A stretch of DNA of 64,000 bases from Mayamaea pseudoterrestris (Eukaryota): NCBI GenBank assembly GCA_027923505.1, contig BROI01000005.1, positions 744,001-808,000 of the forward strand. Reading direction: 5' to 3'. The position numbers were made by a program, and so were the translations under genes. Below, piece after piece: positions 11,851 through 23,975 of this stretch. Each line of letters starts with the position of its first letter. The first letter of the stretch is position 1. The notes beneath the pieces are model-generated. The model did no database searches. It was not told the origin of the DNA and saw nothing but the letters and a program-made list of their open reading frames with translations.

Positions 11851-12058
11851 GTGGACATGTTGAAAGTTTCGCACAATGTCTGTGGATGTTTGTATAATAC
11901 CGCGTCTTTTTGTTACGACGCGTCGATTTCAATTTTATGAGTGGAATGACAATTTTATAATCAATGTCAATGTTATTGTTACTTTATTCACTATATTCAA
12001 CTATCCGTACTACTCGAAAGCACTATTTCCACTTTCAACACACTTTCTACCTCATTCA

Positions 12059-13333
12059 TTAATGAATCACATCTTCCGGTCGCCCCGACTTGTTACTCCG
12101 ATACATGGCTTCAATCACCTGCACCGTCTTTAACCCCACAGTCACGTCAGCTGCAACATGGTAGCCACTCTCAAACTGGCAGGCATCCAAAAAGTTTTGC
12201 ATCGACTCTGGACCATCGCCGTCCTGCGCGCAATTCTCAAACTCAAAGCCCAACTCGTCCATGCCGCGTGGAATCTCCACTTTACCATCCGTTTCCATCC
12301 GCCGCACCTGCAGCTTGCCCGATTTAGTGTCCGAAGTGTCGCCGCCATATAACACGGCTCCATGATCGCCATAGATTTGAAAGTCGAGCAGCTTGCCGAC
12401 GGGCGGATCGGAGTGCTCATTGCCGGGCAGGAGGCACGTGCCAGTGAGCGACATGGTGACGAAATTATTGTTATTGTCGTCTGTGTGCTCATTGGTATCA
12501 CCATCATTATCTTCCGACTGCTCGCAATACTTCCACAGTATCGTCGCCGCCACGGAAACGTCCGCTCCCGATGTGGCGGAATGCACCATGCCGCAGGCCA
12601 ATACTTTGATTGGTTGCAGCGTGGGACACACGTACACAATCCACGCCAGCGGATGCGCCAACTGTCCCCACCCAAAGCCATTGCCAAGCATATTATCGGA
12701 GGTTTGCGTCCACGTGGTTTGCTGCGGGTCCTCGAATAAAAAGGTGAGTGCGGCCGCCATGCTAATGGAAACGTGCTTGATAGTGCCGACGCAATCTGCA
12801 ACAGCCTCGCGCGCCGCCATGGCCTGGCTCCGATAGTTGGCCGTGTGGTTCAAAAAGACTTGCTTGATTGATGGGCTGCTACTCCCGTCTCCTTCGTTAG
12901 TTTGTTGCTGCTGCTCTTTTACAAGTCGACACAGTTCCATCGCCTCGTGAACGTCCGTCGTCATTGGCTTTTCCAGCAGCAAGTGATACTTGCCAATGAA
13001 TCGTTTGGCGAGTTGGTAGTGCGTTGCATGTGGCGTGCCAATGATCATGCCGTCGAAATCAAGTTGCGCCTCCATGAGGTCGTCGACGGACGAAAATGTT
13101 TGGGTATTGTATTTTTCTTGTAGCTCCTGTAGTGATAGTAGCTCTGTTTTTTCATTCTTGTCATTCTTATCATTCTCCTTCTCTTCGTCACTCTTGTTCT
13201 TTGGTAATCCAGAGTCGACAATGGCCACCAGCTCGACGCGTGGGTTGCGCGCCAACTGGGGAATGTGCCAGCCCTGCGACCACCAGCCGGCGCCAATCAC
13301 GACAATCTTGGCGACGGGATTATTAGTTGACAT
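12059..13333 (-). CDS. Gfo/Idh/MocA family NAD(P)-dependent oxidoreductase
   Basis: IVVIGAGWWS Rossmann motif, IGTPHATH, LLLEKPMT and a C-terminal VIEAMYRS. Confidence 0.9.
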   Translation of the reverse strand: MSTNNPVAKIVVIGAGWWSQGWHIPQLARNPRVELVAIVDSGLPKNKSDEEKENDKNDKNEKTELLSLQELQEKYNTQTFSSVDDLMEAQLDFDGMIIGTPHATHYQLAKRFIGKYHLLLEKPMTTDVHEAMELCRLVKEQQQQTNEGDGSSSPSIKQVFLNHTANYRSQAMAAREAVADCVGTIKHVSISMAAALTFLFEDPQQTTWTQTSDNMLGNGFGWGQLAHPLAWIVYVCPTLQPIKVLACGMVHSATSGADVSVAATILWKYCEQSEDNDGDTNEHTDDNNNNFVTMSLTGTCLLPGNEHSDPPVGKLLDFQIYGDHGAVLYGGDTSDTKSGKLQVRRMETDGKVEIPRGMDELGFEFENCAQDGDGPESMQNFLDACQFESGYHVAADVTVGLKTVQVIEAMYRSNKSGRPEDVIH

Positions 13334-13953
13334 GATACTAGTGTCTTTTGTATGGATTGATATTTGAGACGAGAGAGTGAGAGAAAAATAAAGGAGCGAA
13401 AGATTCTCGACGACCGAAATGGACCTCGAAAGATCGGTGGAACTTCACGCCGCGACCAAATGTCGCAGCGTTAGTCACTGAGACGCCTTCGTCTCATTTT
13501 GGCGATCCGAATTATTGCTAGCGCGGTTTCGCGGCTTCTTTGCTGCAACTCGGAGCAAGATTCGAATGACCGCAAATGACGTCCGCATGACACAACACTC
13601 ATATGAACCGACCAGATTCGAGTGCGCCTCGCATATGACTACGAACCTCAATGCTAGCGCTGTTTCTTCCCGCCTCGTTCTTGCTCGTTACCATCACGAC
13701 GGCTAACGAGATGGCCGACAGAGGGTATACACAACATACTGTCGAACGGTAGTGACGCTGCCGCGTATTCGTGTCGCCCTCGTCGCACAATGATGATGGA
13801 TCTAGTGGGTTGCTCCATTTGAGCGGAACTACAGTTTATAAATATACTAGTGAGGCTATTATTGGTCTCTTTACAATTTTGCTATACCGGATAGCATTTT
13901 CCGAATCTGATTCATTGCCGCTGTCATGATACGCAACCCAGGTTGCCTCGCAG

Positions 13954-14694
13954 CTAAACCATGTGCGCGGCACTAAGCAATGGCGTCTGCAGAGACGACG
14001 ACAAAGACGTGGCGTCGTCATTCTTCTTGAAAGCTTCCTGGTAGGAGTGCTCGCAGTACCAAACTGCACAAAAGCAAAAGGCCAGTAGAGCTTCCGTCGC
14101 ATACAGTAGCCATGGAACGCCTTGATACTTGCTATTCGCGACCCATCCCATCCAATGCGAAATCAAGACAGCCAGTATAGTTGATCCTCCCGAAGCAATC
14201 GTGCCCATGAGAAAGCGACATTCGAAGCGATTGATAATGTTCAACAGTTCCGAGTCTTGCTTGTTGTCGTCGTCATGGTTGTTGCTCACTGCTCTTCCAT
14301 TTCGTAGCTGCGACATTTTCCAAGTCAAGGTCAACAAGGCATTTCCAAGCATCAAGGTTGCCACTGCCATGCAGCAAATCAAGCTTCCACCAAGTAGCAT
14401 GGCACTCATCTCCCACCAAAGTCCAATGAGCGATGCATGACGAGTGTCGCTGTCGGCAGTATGTTTGGAAGACGATGCATTCGCAAAGACATTGATGAGA
14501 AAGCATAGGCCAAAGGAACTCAGGTTGCAACCAATACCAGTCAATAGACCAAATGCAAACGACAAGTGTTCAAAGTGCGACTTTGTCTTGTTCGAGTCGA
14601 AGGAAAACGGTTGTGGCGGAAGGTCGCTCGTCGTTGTTGTCGGCAGCGTCGTCGATGAGGCCTTGTTTCTGTTGCAGTCAATGAGAGGAGACAT
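13954..14694 (-). CDS. Hypothetical membrane protein (~4 TM helices)
   Basis: 246-aa ATG ORF with four hydrophobic segments. No family recognised. Confidence 0.6.
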   Translation of the reverse strand: MSPLIDCNRNKASSTTLPTTTTSDLPPQPFSFDSNKTKSHFEHLSFAFGLLTGIGCNLSSFGLCFLINVFANASSSKHTADSDTRHASLIGLWWEMSAMLLGGSLICCMAVATLMLGNALLTLTWKMSQLRNGRAVSNNHDDDNKQDSELLNIINRFECRFLMGTIASGGSTILAVLISHWMGWVANSKYQGVPWLLYATEALLAFCFCAVWYCEHSYQEAFKKNDDATSLSSSLQTPLLSAAHMV

Positions 14695-15086
14695 TGTCGG
14701 TGGTTTACTGAAGTAATTGTAAGAGGAGAAATGGCAGCAAGTATTTACTGTGCTTTTCCACGATTTGTGAGCGAAACAATCGAGTGAAATAGTTGCAAGT
14801 ATGGACAGGTTTCTGCGACTGTCAAGAATGCAAAAAGCCGACGAATGATTGTTTGGGACGGTTGATCGGCTTCTTCATGCGCAATAGTGTTCCGAAGAAC
14901 TACGCCCTCGTGTCTTTGAGCCAATCAGAGTGCTTTAATTTAGTAACGGTGCGATTGTTTGACCAGCAGAAGACTGTGACCAGTGTCATTTGCGAGCAAG
15001 TGAGAATGGCCTAAAATGTATTGTGAGGAAGCCTTACACGCGCAGCTATCATATTATATATTATTGTAGGTAGGCTACAATGGAAG

Positions 15087-15171
15087 AGTCCTGTTGAGGA
15101 TGGGTGAGGCAAGAGCACATCATGGCCAAGTCCTGTTGTGGATGGCGAGGCAAGAGCTCATCATTACCAAG
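15087..15171. repeat. Imperfect ~42-bp tandem duplication, intergenic
   Basis: AGTCCTGTTGAGGATGGGTGAGGCAAGAGCACATCATGGCCA followed by AGTCCTGTTGTGGATGGCGAGGCAAGAGCTCATCATTACCA. Confidence 0.85.
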
Positions 15172-15331
15172 ACTAGCGACAGAAATAAAGCTACATTAGT
15201 TATGCAACAGTTTAATGTCTAAACGACGAGTTTATCCTGTCTCCTATTAGCTGCGCAAACACCTACCGCAGCTATACCCAGGCATGCTGCGACACGAGCG
15301 CATGCATATTCGACGCAACAACATTAAAGGA

Positions 15332-16150
15332 TTACCATTTGGAAACCTCATAGTCTTGGAAGAACTCTCCTGTTGGCGGATCTTTCATGGTCGCTGGTAT
15401 AACTGCGTTTTTCGCTCCGTCACTGGGATCACGGCCACCCTTGTTGCTCGTCATGTCAGTCTTGCAGTAGCCAGGGCAGCAGCAATTGATGGAAATATTT
15501 GGATGCTCGCGGGCCCAAATTTTGGTCGCAGCAATGACAGCGAGTTTGCTCATGCCATAGTTGGAGTTGCCAAAGCCTTTCTCACGATGCGTTCCGTCCA
15601 TAACACTTGCCTCAAAGTCATTGACCAATGCATGTAGCTCGTCCATGGTAAGTGACTCTGATGTTACCTTTTTCTGCAGTTCCGGCGAGAGCTGGGAGAG
15701 CTTTCCAGCCATGGAAGCTACGTTAACAATGCGAGGATCGTCACCTTTTTCAATCAATGGCAGCATGCGCTCCGTAAAATCGACTGTTCCTCGAAAGTTA
15801 ACATCAAGTGTCGGCTTGCACTGCTTCTCAAATGGCGTCGGATCGCTTGCTTTGAACGCCATGCCAGCATTGTTGACCAAGACATCGCATTTGCCGAAAG
15901 TGTCTTTCATGATTTTGACAAAGCGCTCATGGCTCTCAATGTCACCAAGAGTCAATTGTTCGGAAACAATCTTGACATCTGGAACTTGGAGCTGCATGGA
16001 TCGCACCGCATCCAATGCTTTCTTCGAGTCGCGACACGCCAAAAGGACATGGGTGAAAAGTTGCGACTGGGCGAGCTGAAGGGCAATGAAATAGCCAATT
16101 CCTCGGTTACCACCGGTAACAACAGCTACACGACCTGTGAAAATATGCAT
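15332..16150 (-). CDS. Short-chain dehydrogenase/reductase, carbonyl reductase (CBR1)-like; 5' end uncertain
   Basis: VTGGNRGIG, DVLVNNAG, NVAS, YGMSK (YxxxK) and CCPGYCKTDM. A possible acceptor TTTTCACAG just before the GRVAVVTG codons suggests an upstream exon. Confidence 0.9.
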   Translation of the reverse strand: MHIFTGRVAVVTGGNRGIGYFIALQLAQSQLFTHVLLACRDSKKALDAVRSMQLQVPDVKIVSEQLTLGDIESHERFVKIMKDTFGKCDVLVNNAGMAFKASDPTPFEKQCKPTLDVNFRGTVDFTERMLPLIEKGDDPRIVNVASMAGKLSQLSPELQKKVTSESLTMDELHALVNDFEASVMDGTHREKGFGNSNYGMSKLAVIAATKIWAREHPNISINCCCPGYCKTDMTSNKGGRDPSDGAKNAVIPATMKDPPTGEFFQDYEVSKW

Positions 16151-16498
16151 ATTCCTTGTATTTCAGGGTAAATGGATGAGAGGCGAATGATAAGCGAAAG
16201 AGTGAACCTCGATCGTCGGATGGCGGAATCGCAAGAACATCATGGAGACGCATCGAAGAAGGCGCGCCTCTCGTCATTGCCGGTGCGCCAAATTCAATCA
16301 TCCTGCCACCATCTATCTACCGTAGCTAAACGCATATACACTCGTTGTACTGAAATACTCCGGCAGAAAACATCAGTCGATAGCTTTTAAACCATATTAC
16401 TGAGCCTAACAAAGTGGGTACATGTAAGTACTTCGAGCCAAGCCCAAACGTGATTTATAGTTAGTAGTACATAACGCGAGGAGACATCATTTGTTTCG

Positions 16499-17968
16499 CT
16501 ACCATTGTTCGCCAACGTCGGTGCCTTGGCGCTTGCGGCCTCGACTTTTTGCTTTGGTGGTGAATCGAGCAGGGTCAAATGGTGTGAGGTCAAGTGTTGA
16601 TGCTGCTCCGTCCAAGACAAGCTCGGCCATTCCCAGTCCGCAAGCAGGTGCCCAAGCAATGCCCCTGTAATCAATAGAGTGCAGCAAAATGAGATTGCGC
16701 AAATGGGCGTGTCGGATTGCCGCAAAGAATCAGAGTAACGTTTCTTACCAACAATTGTGACCGGCATTGATATATGCGCCTTCAAATCCAGGAATCTTTC
16801 CCATGTACGGAATGGCATCGGGCGGGCAGGGTCGCATGCATGCCTGCATCTTGTCCAACTCACCCTCACTCTTGTACAGTGACGACATTTCACCAAAGGC
16901 ACCCTTCGCGGCGTCGACACGTGACTCGTTCGGCTCACAAACGTCTCGGAAGGCTCCTTCCTTTAAATCGTCCTTTGAAATGTAATCTGATCCGCCTATA
17001 CCGCATATATAGACCTCGCCATTTGGTCTCGGATATACTTCCACTGCATTTGAAGATTAACGAACATTATGAGCATTCAAAATGGTCAAAGCATTAGTCG
17101 TTATGTATGAGGTGTACTTACAATGCGTTCCAAACCGACGATCGTCACCACAAAAAAGAGCCGTCGCGTCTACATCCTTGTCTTGGGGCTTCTTCCACAC
17201 AATGCTTGTACTTTTAATGCCTTCCATTGGCAATTCAACGGCACCCTGAAACCAGTCCTCCGCAGCGCAAGACCATGGGCCAGCCGAAACAACGATGGCG
17301 TCGCACGGCAAGACTGAATCCTCACCAGTCGCTTGGTCAGTGTATTTGACGGCAGTCACTTTGCGACTCCCTCGCTCGGATCCTTGGTCCGCATCGACGC
17401 CGTTGCACGTTCCAAGCACTAGTTTGATGCGATCCTGGTGCTTGGCAAGCATCTTGTTTACAAACTCGGCCGGAGTAATTTGCGCCGTGTCGTCACCGTA
17501 TCCCAAGGCACTCACGCGGCCAACCTTTCCATCCAGCCAGTTTGGAATGATGTCGTTCATCTTCTTGTTCTTGCGCGCCGACTGGAGTCCATCGTAACCA
17601 GGACTCACCGAAAGCACCGGCAGCTTTCGATACGACGCGCAACCCAACTCGACTGCCATGCGCTCGTACATGTCAAACGCCACGTGATGCAGCTGCTCGG
17701 TGGAACCTCCATCCGACCAGCTGCGCGCCATGAAGCCGCCGCCCTTGCCGCTGGCGGCCGACGCCGGTGCCACTGCTTCCAGTAGCGTAATCGTCATGTC
17801 TGGCGAACAGCGTTCCGCCAAGTGGTAGGCGACCGATGTTCCCTGAATGCCGCCACCGACGACGACAATGTTTCTGACGGACATGGCTGCTACGAGTCTT
17901 GTTGTAGTGTTGGTTGCAAGCATGCACGAGAAAAGCAAGAGTCGTGGAGTGTTTCGAAACATGTGCAT
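16499..17968 (-). CDS. FAD-dependent oxidoreductase, DAO/glycine-oxidase family (TDA3-like); exons 17968-17122, 17043-16749, 16664-16499
   Basis: IVVVGGGIQG, ASGKGGGF, HLEVYPRP, ACMRPCPPD and AGHNCWGIAWAP, reconstructed across two GT-AG introns. Confidence 0.9.
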
Positions 17969-18189
17969 GCCGACGGCAATGGAACAACGACCGAGGCGCG
18001 AACCCCAAATCTTCCAAGAAGTTCGTATTTCGCCCAAGTTCACACAGCAAGTTTCTTCAAGTAACAGTCACTCGCAAGCGTCGCAAGCAATTTAGAAACC
18101 TTACTTGGAAAAGAGTATTCGCCGGACAAGCAATGCAACAAACATGATGGTGATCTCGCTTCATCCACTTTTCGACTGCGCCGCGCCCG

Positions 18190-18197
18190 TGACGTCA
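18190..18197. promoter_or_regulatory. CRE-like palindrome TGACGTCA (candidate bZIP/CCRE site) in the DAO-AlaAT1 divergent promoter
   Basis: GTGACGTCAC at 18189-18198. TGACGT is the known diatom CO2/cAMP-responsive element core. Confidence 0.4.
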
Positions 18198-18670
18198 CTG
18201 CGTGACATAACCGGTGCGATTCGTTGAGCTTGTTACTGTATGTTTGCCAAGCGACGCAATCACAACGCGATGCCTTTCATGCTTCGAGACACGTTAACAG
18301 TGAATGAGCCTTTCGATAATAAATTTGCAGCTAAAGTCTAAAGTCATGGAGGGGTCTGGGCTGCCTTACACTTTCACACTATGTCACAGTGCATGTCCAT
18401 GTGTAGCCGAGGCACTGGGCGGAATGTGCTTTCACGTGCAATTTCGTCAACGGAAAGAGACTCGCAAAGTCAACGAGCAATGGATGTCGATAGACTGTTA
18501 TAATGCAACTGAAGTCGGCCTTGGTAAGTAATTGATTGCCGTCATGGCGCTCGCCAAAAATTGAGTCTTCGATGTCCCATCGGCATCGTGTCACATTTTC
18601 TTCGAAATTCGCACTCCTTCCATTTTCCATCACCATGCGGATTTCATTAATGGCCAAGCAACACTAGAGC

Positions 18671-20402
18671 ATGCCTTTGATGATGAGATTCCCTTTTCTT
18701 TCATCATTGGAACCAGCTGTGAGCTTGGCGAGCCGCAGACTCGGTATACGAGCATGTACTGGCAGGCAAGCGCAAATTTCGACTCGTCAATCATCAACCG
18801 CCGCCAGCAAGGTCGAGGATCATTCAAACAATGCAAGCGGCAAGCGACTCACACTGGATACAATCCGATCATCCATTGTCACCATGGAATATGCAGTCCG
18901 CGGTCAGGTGGTTGTGGAAGCGGACAAGATCAAGAATGAGCTGGCGAATGCTGCGAAAAGCAATGGCGAAAATAAGTATCCATTCGACCACATTGTCTAC
19001 ACGAATATCGGCAATCCACATTCCGTTGGCCAAATGCCCTTGAACTGGCCACGCAAAGTTCTATCACTGGTTGACTTGCCACGAAAGGATGGCGTTGACA
19101 ATCCAAACGTGCTACAGCTCTATCCTGCGGATGCGGTGGAGCGGGCCATTGAAATGAAGGACGACTTGGGCGGCAATGGATCGGGAGCGTACTCGCACTC
19201 GCAAGGTGCCAAAATGTTTCGCGTCGACGTTGCTACCTTTATTGATGAGCGCGATGGCGGTGTGGTTAGCGATCCAGACAGTATATTTTTGACGAATGGT
19301 GCGTCCCAAGGCATTTCCATGATTCTAAACGCCCTCATCGCCAATGAGAAATCGGGCGTTTTGATTCCTATTCCGCAGTATCCACTTTACTCGGCGACCA
19401 TTGACTTGCTGGGTGGCCAAAAGGTTGGCTACTACCTGGACGAGGAGCAGCACTGGGGGCTGGACATGAAGGAGCTCCAGCGGGCGTTGGACGATGCTAA
19501 AGCGGATGGCATTGACGTGACGACGCTCGTCCTTATTAATCCTGGCAATCCCACTGGACAAGTATTGACGGTACGTATTAATGAGCTATATGATTTTTTT
19601 TTCCGATCATTACTGATGACAGTGTCTGATCTCACCAGCTGCTTCTTCCTTCCCACGACAGCGCGAGAATATGCACGATGTGGTCAAGTTTTGCGCCAAC
19701 AACAAGATTGTGTTACTAGCCGATGAGGTTTACCAGGAAAATGTGTACGACCCAGACGCCGAGTTTGTCAGCGCCAAGCGCGCCGCCCATGAGACTGGCC
19801 TCTTGGAGCAAAACGAGATTGAGCTTGTCAGCTTTCACTCAGTGAGCAAGGGTGTGTGGGGAGAGTGCGGTCGACGTGGCGGCTACATGGAATTGGTTGG
19901 CATTGATCCAGCCGTCAAGGACCAATTGTACAAGCTGGCGAGTTCAAATCTGTGTGCCTGCACGGATGGTCAAATCATGACAAGCCTAATGGTTCGTGGA
20001 CCCGACAAGAGTAGCGAGTCTTACGAAATACATGAGAACCAAAAGAAGACAATTATCGAATCACTCAAGAAGCGCTCCAAGATTGTGAGCCAAGGCCTGG
20101 ACAGCATTCCTGGTTTTTCATGCCAGCCTGCCCAGGGAGCCATGTACTGCTTTCCAAGCATTGACATGCCACCTGGTGCAATCAAAGAAGCCAAGCAGCA
20201 AAATATATCACCGGATACATTGTATGCGTTGTCACTGCTTCGAAAGACTGGCATTTGTGTCGTTCCTGCCTCTGGGTTTGGTCAACGGGAGGGTCGGCAT
20301 GGCTTTCGAACAACCTTTCTTCCATCCGAGGAGGAAATGGCACGCGCCGTTGACATGATTGGAAAACATTACGCAGATTTCTGTAAAGAGTTTAAGGAGT
20401 AG
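18671..20402 (+). CDS. Alanine aminotransferase / glutamate:glyoxylate aminotransferase family, copy 1, with mitochondrial-type presequence (intron 19571-19661)
   Basis: MEYAVRG, NIGNPH, GAYSHSQG, PIPQYPLYSA, INPGNPTGQ, DEVYQEN, SFHSVSKG (PLP Lys) and GECGRRGGY. R/S-rich N-terminus. Confidence 0.92.
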
Positions 20403-20769
20403 GAAATGCTTGGATCGGTTATTTGTAGTATTGTGGTATCCTTAAAAATCACGCATAGCTATAACCTAGGGATTCTGTGTCATTCCGGTAATGCAGAATT
20501 GGAATTAGGAATCCAAAGTCGTCACGATTCACGATTCCGTCGATAGGCCGTTTTCGTCTGCACACGTCAGTCGCGCACGGGCCTGCTGCTGTTGGCGCAA
20601 CGACCATTCCATCATTCGTCGTCGTCGCACCTCGACTGCCTTTTGTGATTGATCGGCATTTTAAACTTGAAAGACTCCTCGCGTTGAAGCCTGCCTTAGT
20701 CTTGTACTGTAATTAAACAATAAACTTAATTAGCTAGTGAGCAACAAGCAGCAGCAAAAGTCAGTCACC

Positions 20770-22188
20770 ATGATGTTCAATCCGCACAAGCTCGGCTTGC
20801 ACAAGATCCTGCAGCACATTCCACTGGGACCAGTCTTTGATGCGCCATACAAGCGAATGCTAAAGCGAGCCGTCAATATTGCTGACTTGCGTGCCATTGC
20901 CAAGGCTCGGTCGCACAAGGTATGTGTGAAATTTGCTATAATTGGAGCACATTCGATGCATTCGTGACTGTCGATTTGCTGCATGACCCTCTCATCTTTT
21001 CCAGATCCAATCACTCACCCATCTCACACAATTACTTGACAGATGGTCTTTGACTACCTTGATTCCGGCGCCGACGACGAAATCTCGCTCCGCCGCGGCA
21101 AGGACGCCTACTCGCAGCTTGAAATGCACTACAAGGTCTTGGCAGGCATTAAACCGCCCCTCGACTTGTCCACCAAGATTTTTGGACAAGACGTGAAACT
21201 ACCCTTCTTCGGCTGCCCCACGGCAGGAAACCGCATGTTTCACTGGGAGGGAGAAACTGCGGCGGCCAAGGCTTCGGAAAAGTATGGAACCATGTATGGG
21301 TTATCCTCGCTGGCTACCACGGGCATTACCGAAATTGGAACGCTGCATAATGGCCCAAAGGTCTTTCAACTATACGTTTGGAAGGATCGTGAGCTTGTCA
21401 AGGAAGTCATTGCCAAGGCCAAGGAGGGAGGCTTTAACGCGTTGGCGTTGACGGTTGACTTTACCTGGTACGGAAACCGCGAGCGCGACATTCGAAACGA
21501 CTTTTCCATTCCACCAAAGTACACGATTGGTCAAACCATTGAGGCGCTCAAAAAGCCGGCATGGACGTGGGACTTTTTATCGCACGAGCCATATACCTAT
21601 GCCTGCATTAACACTGACGTTCCAGCCGATTCTTTGGCGGCCTTTGTCAATAGCCAAATCAATCCTGCCTTTGGATGGAAGGATGCCGAGTGGCTTCTTG
21701 GAGAATGGAACGGACCAGCCGCACCAAAGGGTGTTGTGCGACCGGAAGACGCCAAGAAAGCAATTGAGATTGGTTTCTCAACCATTTGGATTTCCAATCA
21801 TGGTGCGCGGCAGCTTGAAACGTCACCTGCTACGATTGATGTATTGCCATCCATTCGAGAAGCTGTTGGACCGGATGTCGAGATTATTCTTGATGGCGGT
21901 ATCCAACGCGGTACAGACATTGCCAAGGCACTAGCGCTTGGCGCCGACTCGGTTGGAGTTGGAAAACCGTACCTATGGGGACTGGCAGCCGGCGGCACGG
22001 ATGGTGTCTGCAAAGCGTACGAGATTCTTCGCGTGGAACTGGATCGCGCCATGGGATTGCTTGGAACTCCCACAGTCGCCGACCTGAAGCGGGAGGGACC
22101 GTCATTGATCAAGAGGCGGCCTCACAGCTCAAGAGACTATCCGGACATTTACGCATTTGACCGAGGATACGGCGGCGGCATTGTATAG
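20770..22188 (+). CDS. FMN-dependent 2-hydroxyacid oxidase/dehydrogenase (glycolate oxidase GOX2-like / L-lactate dehydrogenase); intron 20920-21042
   Basis: FDYLDSGADDE, FQLYVWKDR, LTVD, GNRERD, SNHGARQL and LDGGIQRGTDIAKALALGA. No C-terminal PTS1 (ends GGIV). Confidence 0.92.
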
Positions 22189-22400
22189 AAACATTAGTAG
22201 TAGCTATAGATTGCGTGACTCCAAATAAACACACACTTACTATTATATAGAGTTGCTTATCAGCTCTCATATGGTGGTATGCAACGATATAAATGCCTCT
22301 CGACTTTTTCGATACAGAAAAGTTTATCAATTGACATAAAAATATTTTAACAAGTCCGCTTGAGGCGAGTAGCGAGAATTAAATGAACGTATACCTCCAA

Positions 22401-23710
22401 TTACTTGCTCTTCTTATTCTCTCCCAGCGCCTTTTCGTATATCTCAGCAACCTTTTCATTGCCCTCTTTTCTTGCCATGTCAATTGGTGTGTTTCCCTCC
22501 TTGTCCTTCACCGCAAGAAGCTTTGTTTCATTCGCCAGCTCCCTGGCTGTCTCCGTCTGGCCATGAAATGCCGCCCAATGTAATGCAGTCCAACCTTCAA
22601 CGTCGACAATCGATGTATCCGCCCCAAGCTTTCTCAATTGTCGAATCGCCATGGGTGCTCCAGTGGCGCCTGGGCAAAGTGGCAGTAAGAATTGAGTAAG
22701 TTTACAGATACACATTTTAACAACCATGCAATCCCCCATCATCGATCGCAACCATCGACTCCAACTCAACTGCTTACCAAGTCCAGCCAAAACCATCAAT
22801 GGAGTCCAGCGATCCTCCTTCGTTTGCGTGTTGCAATTCTTGCGATCAAGTTCCGCCATGAGTGCCGCCAAGTCAGCATTGACACCAGCGTCCCACGTAT
22901 CCAGCATTAGCTCCTCCACCGTCTTTTGCTTAGCCTTGCTTTCTTCCACCTTGTCCTTCGCGTGGGCCTTCTTGACCGCAGTCCGCGTCATGGGAACAAC
23001 ATTTCCCTGTTGATCAATTACTTCATCATTGTCCGTCAACTCGACCAGCGTCTTTTCGTCAAACAGCTTTGCTTCCGGCGTCAGTCCATGCTGCGACGTG
23101 AAAACAGCCTTGACCAATGCGCTATCGAATAACCCAAAGGGTCCCATGATGGATTGAATCGCCAAACTGACAATCATGCCCTTGTATAGATGCAAACCAA
23201 CCGTCATGACAATGCCAAAGGCCGTACTGCCAAGCATGGAACGGGCCTGCGACAGTACATGCGTCGCAAAGGGAACCTGCGTGTACTTCTTCTTGGCGTC
23301 CGCGTCGACTCCAAATGGCTGTGAATGGAAGAAAATGTTATAGTGAAAATGGTGAGTATAACATGAAAGCTGGTATGCATAGCACGCCATGGAGCCCGCA
23401 ATCAAGCTCATTCTCAGCCAATAAATCAAGTTATATTCAAACAAGACTTGGTTTCTCTCTCTCCTTGATTATTCTTATTCATAAACATTATTCATATACT
23501 CACCATGGCCGGCGGCGGAACGTAAATCATTTGCATCGACTTGACCTGCGTCGCCTTGTAGTAGGTATAGATTACCACGATGCCGCAAATAACCTGCACC
23601 ACGCCATAGACGACGCGCAGCAAAAACACAATGTTTGGATCCTCGCCATCCAATTTCCGCGCCAAGAACATGACGGGGAGCATGATGAACATTTTATTGG
23701 GGACTGCCAT
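22401..23710 (-). CDS. Pho88/SND3-like membrane protein fused to C-terminal ankyrin repeats (exons 23710-23504, 23318-22778, 22669-22401)
   Basis: The N-terminal RKLD..DP.IV.LLR..Y and HLYKG...SLAIQSIMGP segments resemble Pho88. Ankyrin motifs WTPLMVLA, GWTALHWAAFHG and GNTPIDMA. Confidence 0.75.
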
Positions 23711-23967
23711 GGTTGCTGATTTTGAATTGCGTTTTGCGTCGCGCTTAATGTCGATGAATGAGCGGCTCGAGTTACTATGTAGCTGCTGCGACGGGCTCTT
23801 CAAGTCGATACTTTGCTTAGCTTTGAAACAGCTTGTAACAAGTCGATGCAGTGACTGTTGCAATGACACTATCGACTGCTTTGAACGACGGCTCGATCTG
23901 GAACGCAAATCCGCTCGTCGCTGCTGTCCGCTGCCAACCAGCCAATGCCTGTCGCACCACAACTGCA

Positions 23968-23975
23968 TGACGTCA
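23968..23975. promoter_or_regulatory. CRE-like palindrome TGACGTCA in the Pho88-AlaAT2 divergent promoter
   Basis: ATGACGTCAC, about 240 bp upstream of the AlaAT2 ATG. Confidence 0.4.

Noticed and set aside
19560..19726. Apparent frameshifts or split genes (AlaAT1 and many others) suggesting pseudogenes or recoding
   Set aside because: Each break is resolved by a canonical GT-AG intron that restores the frame.
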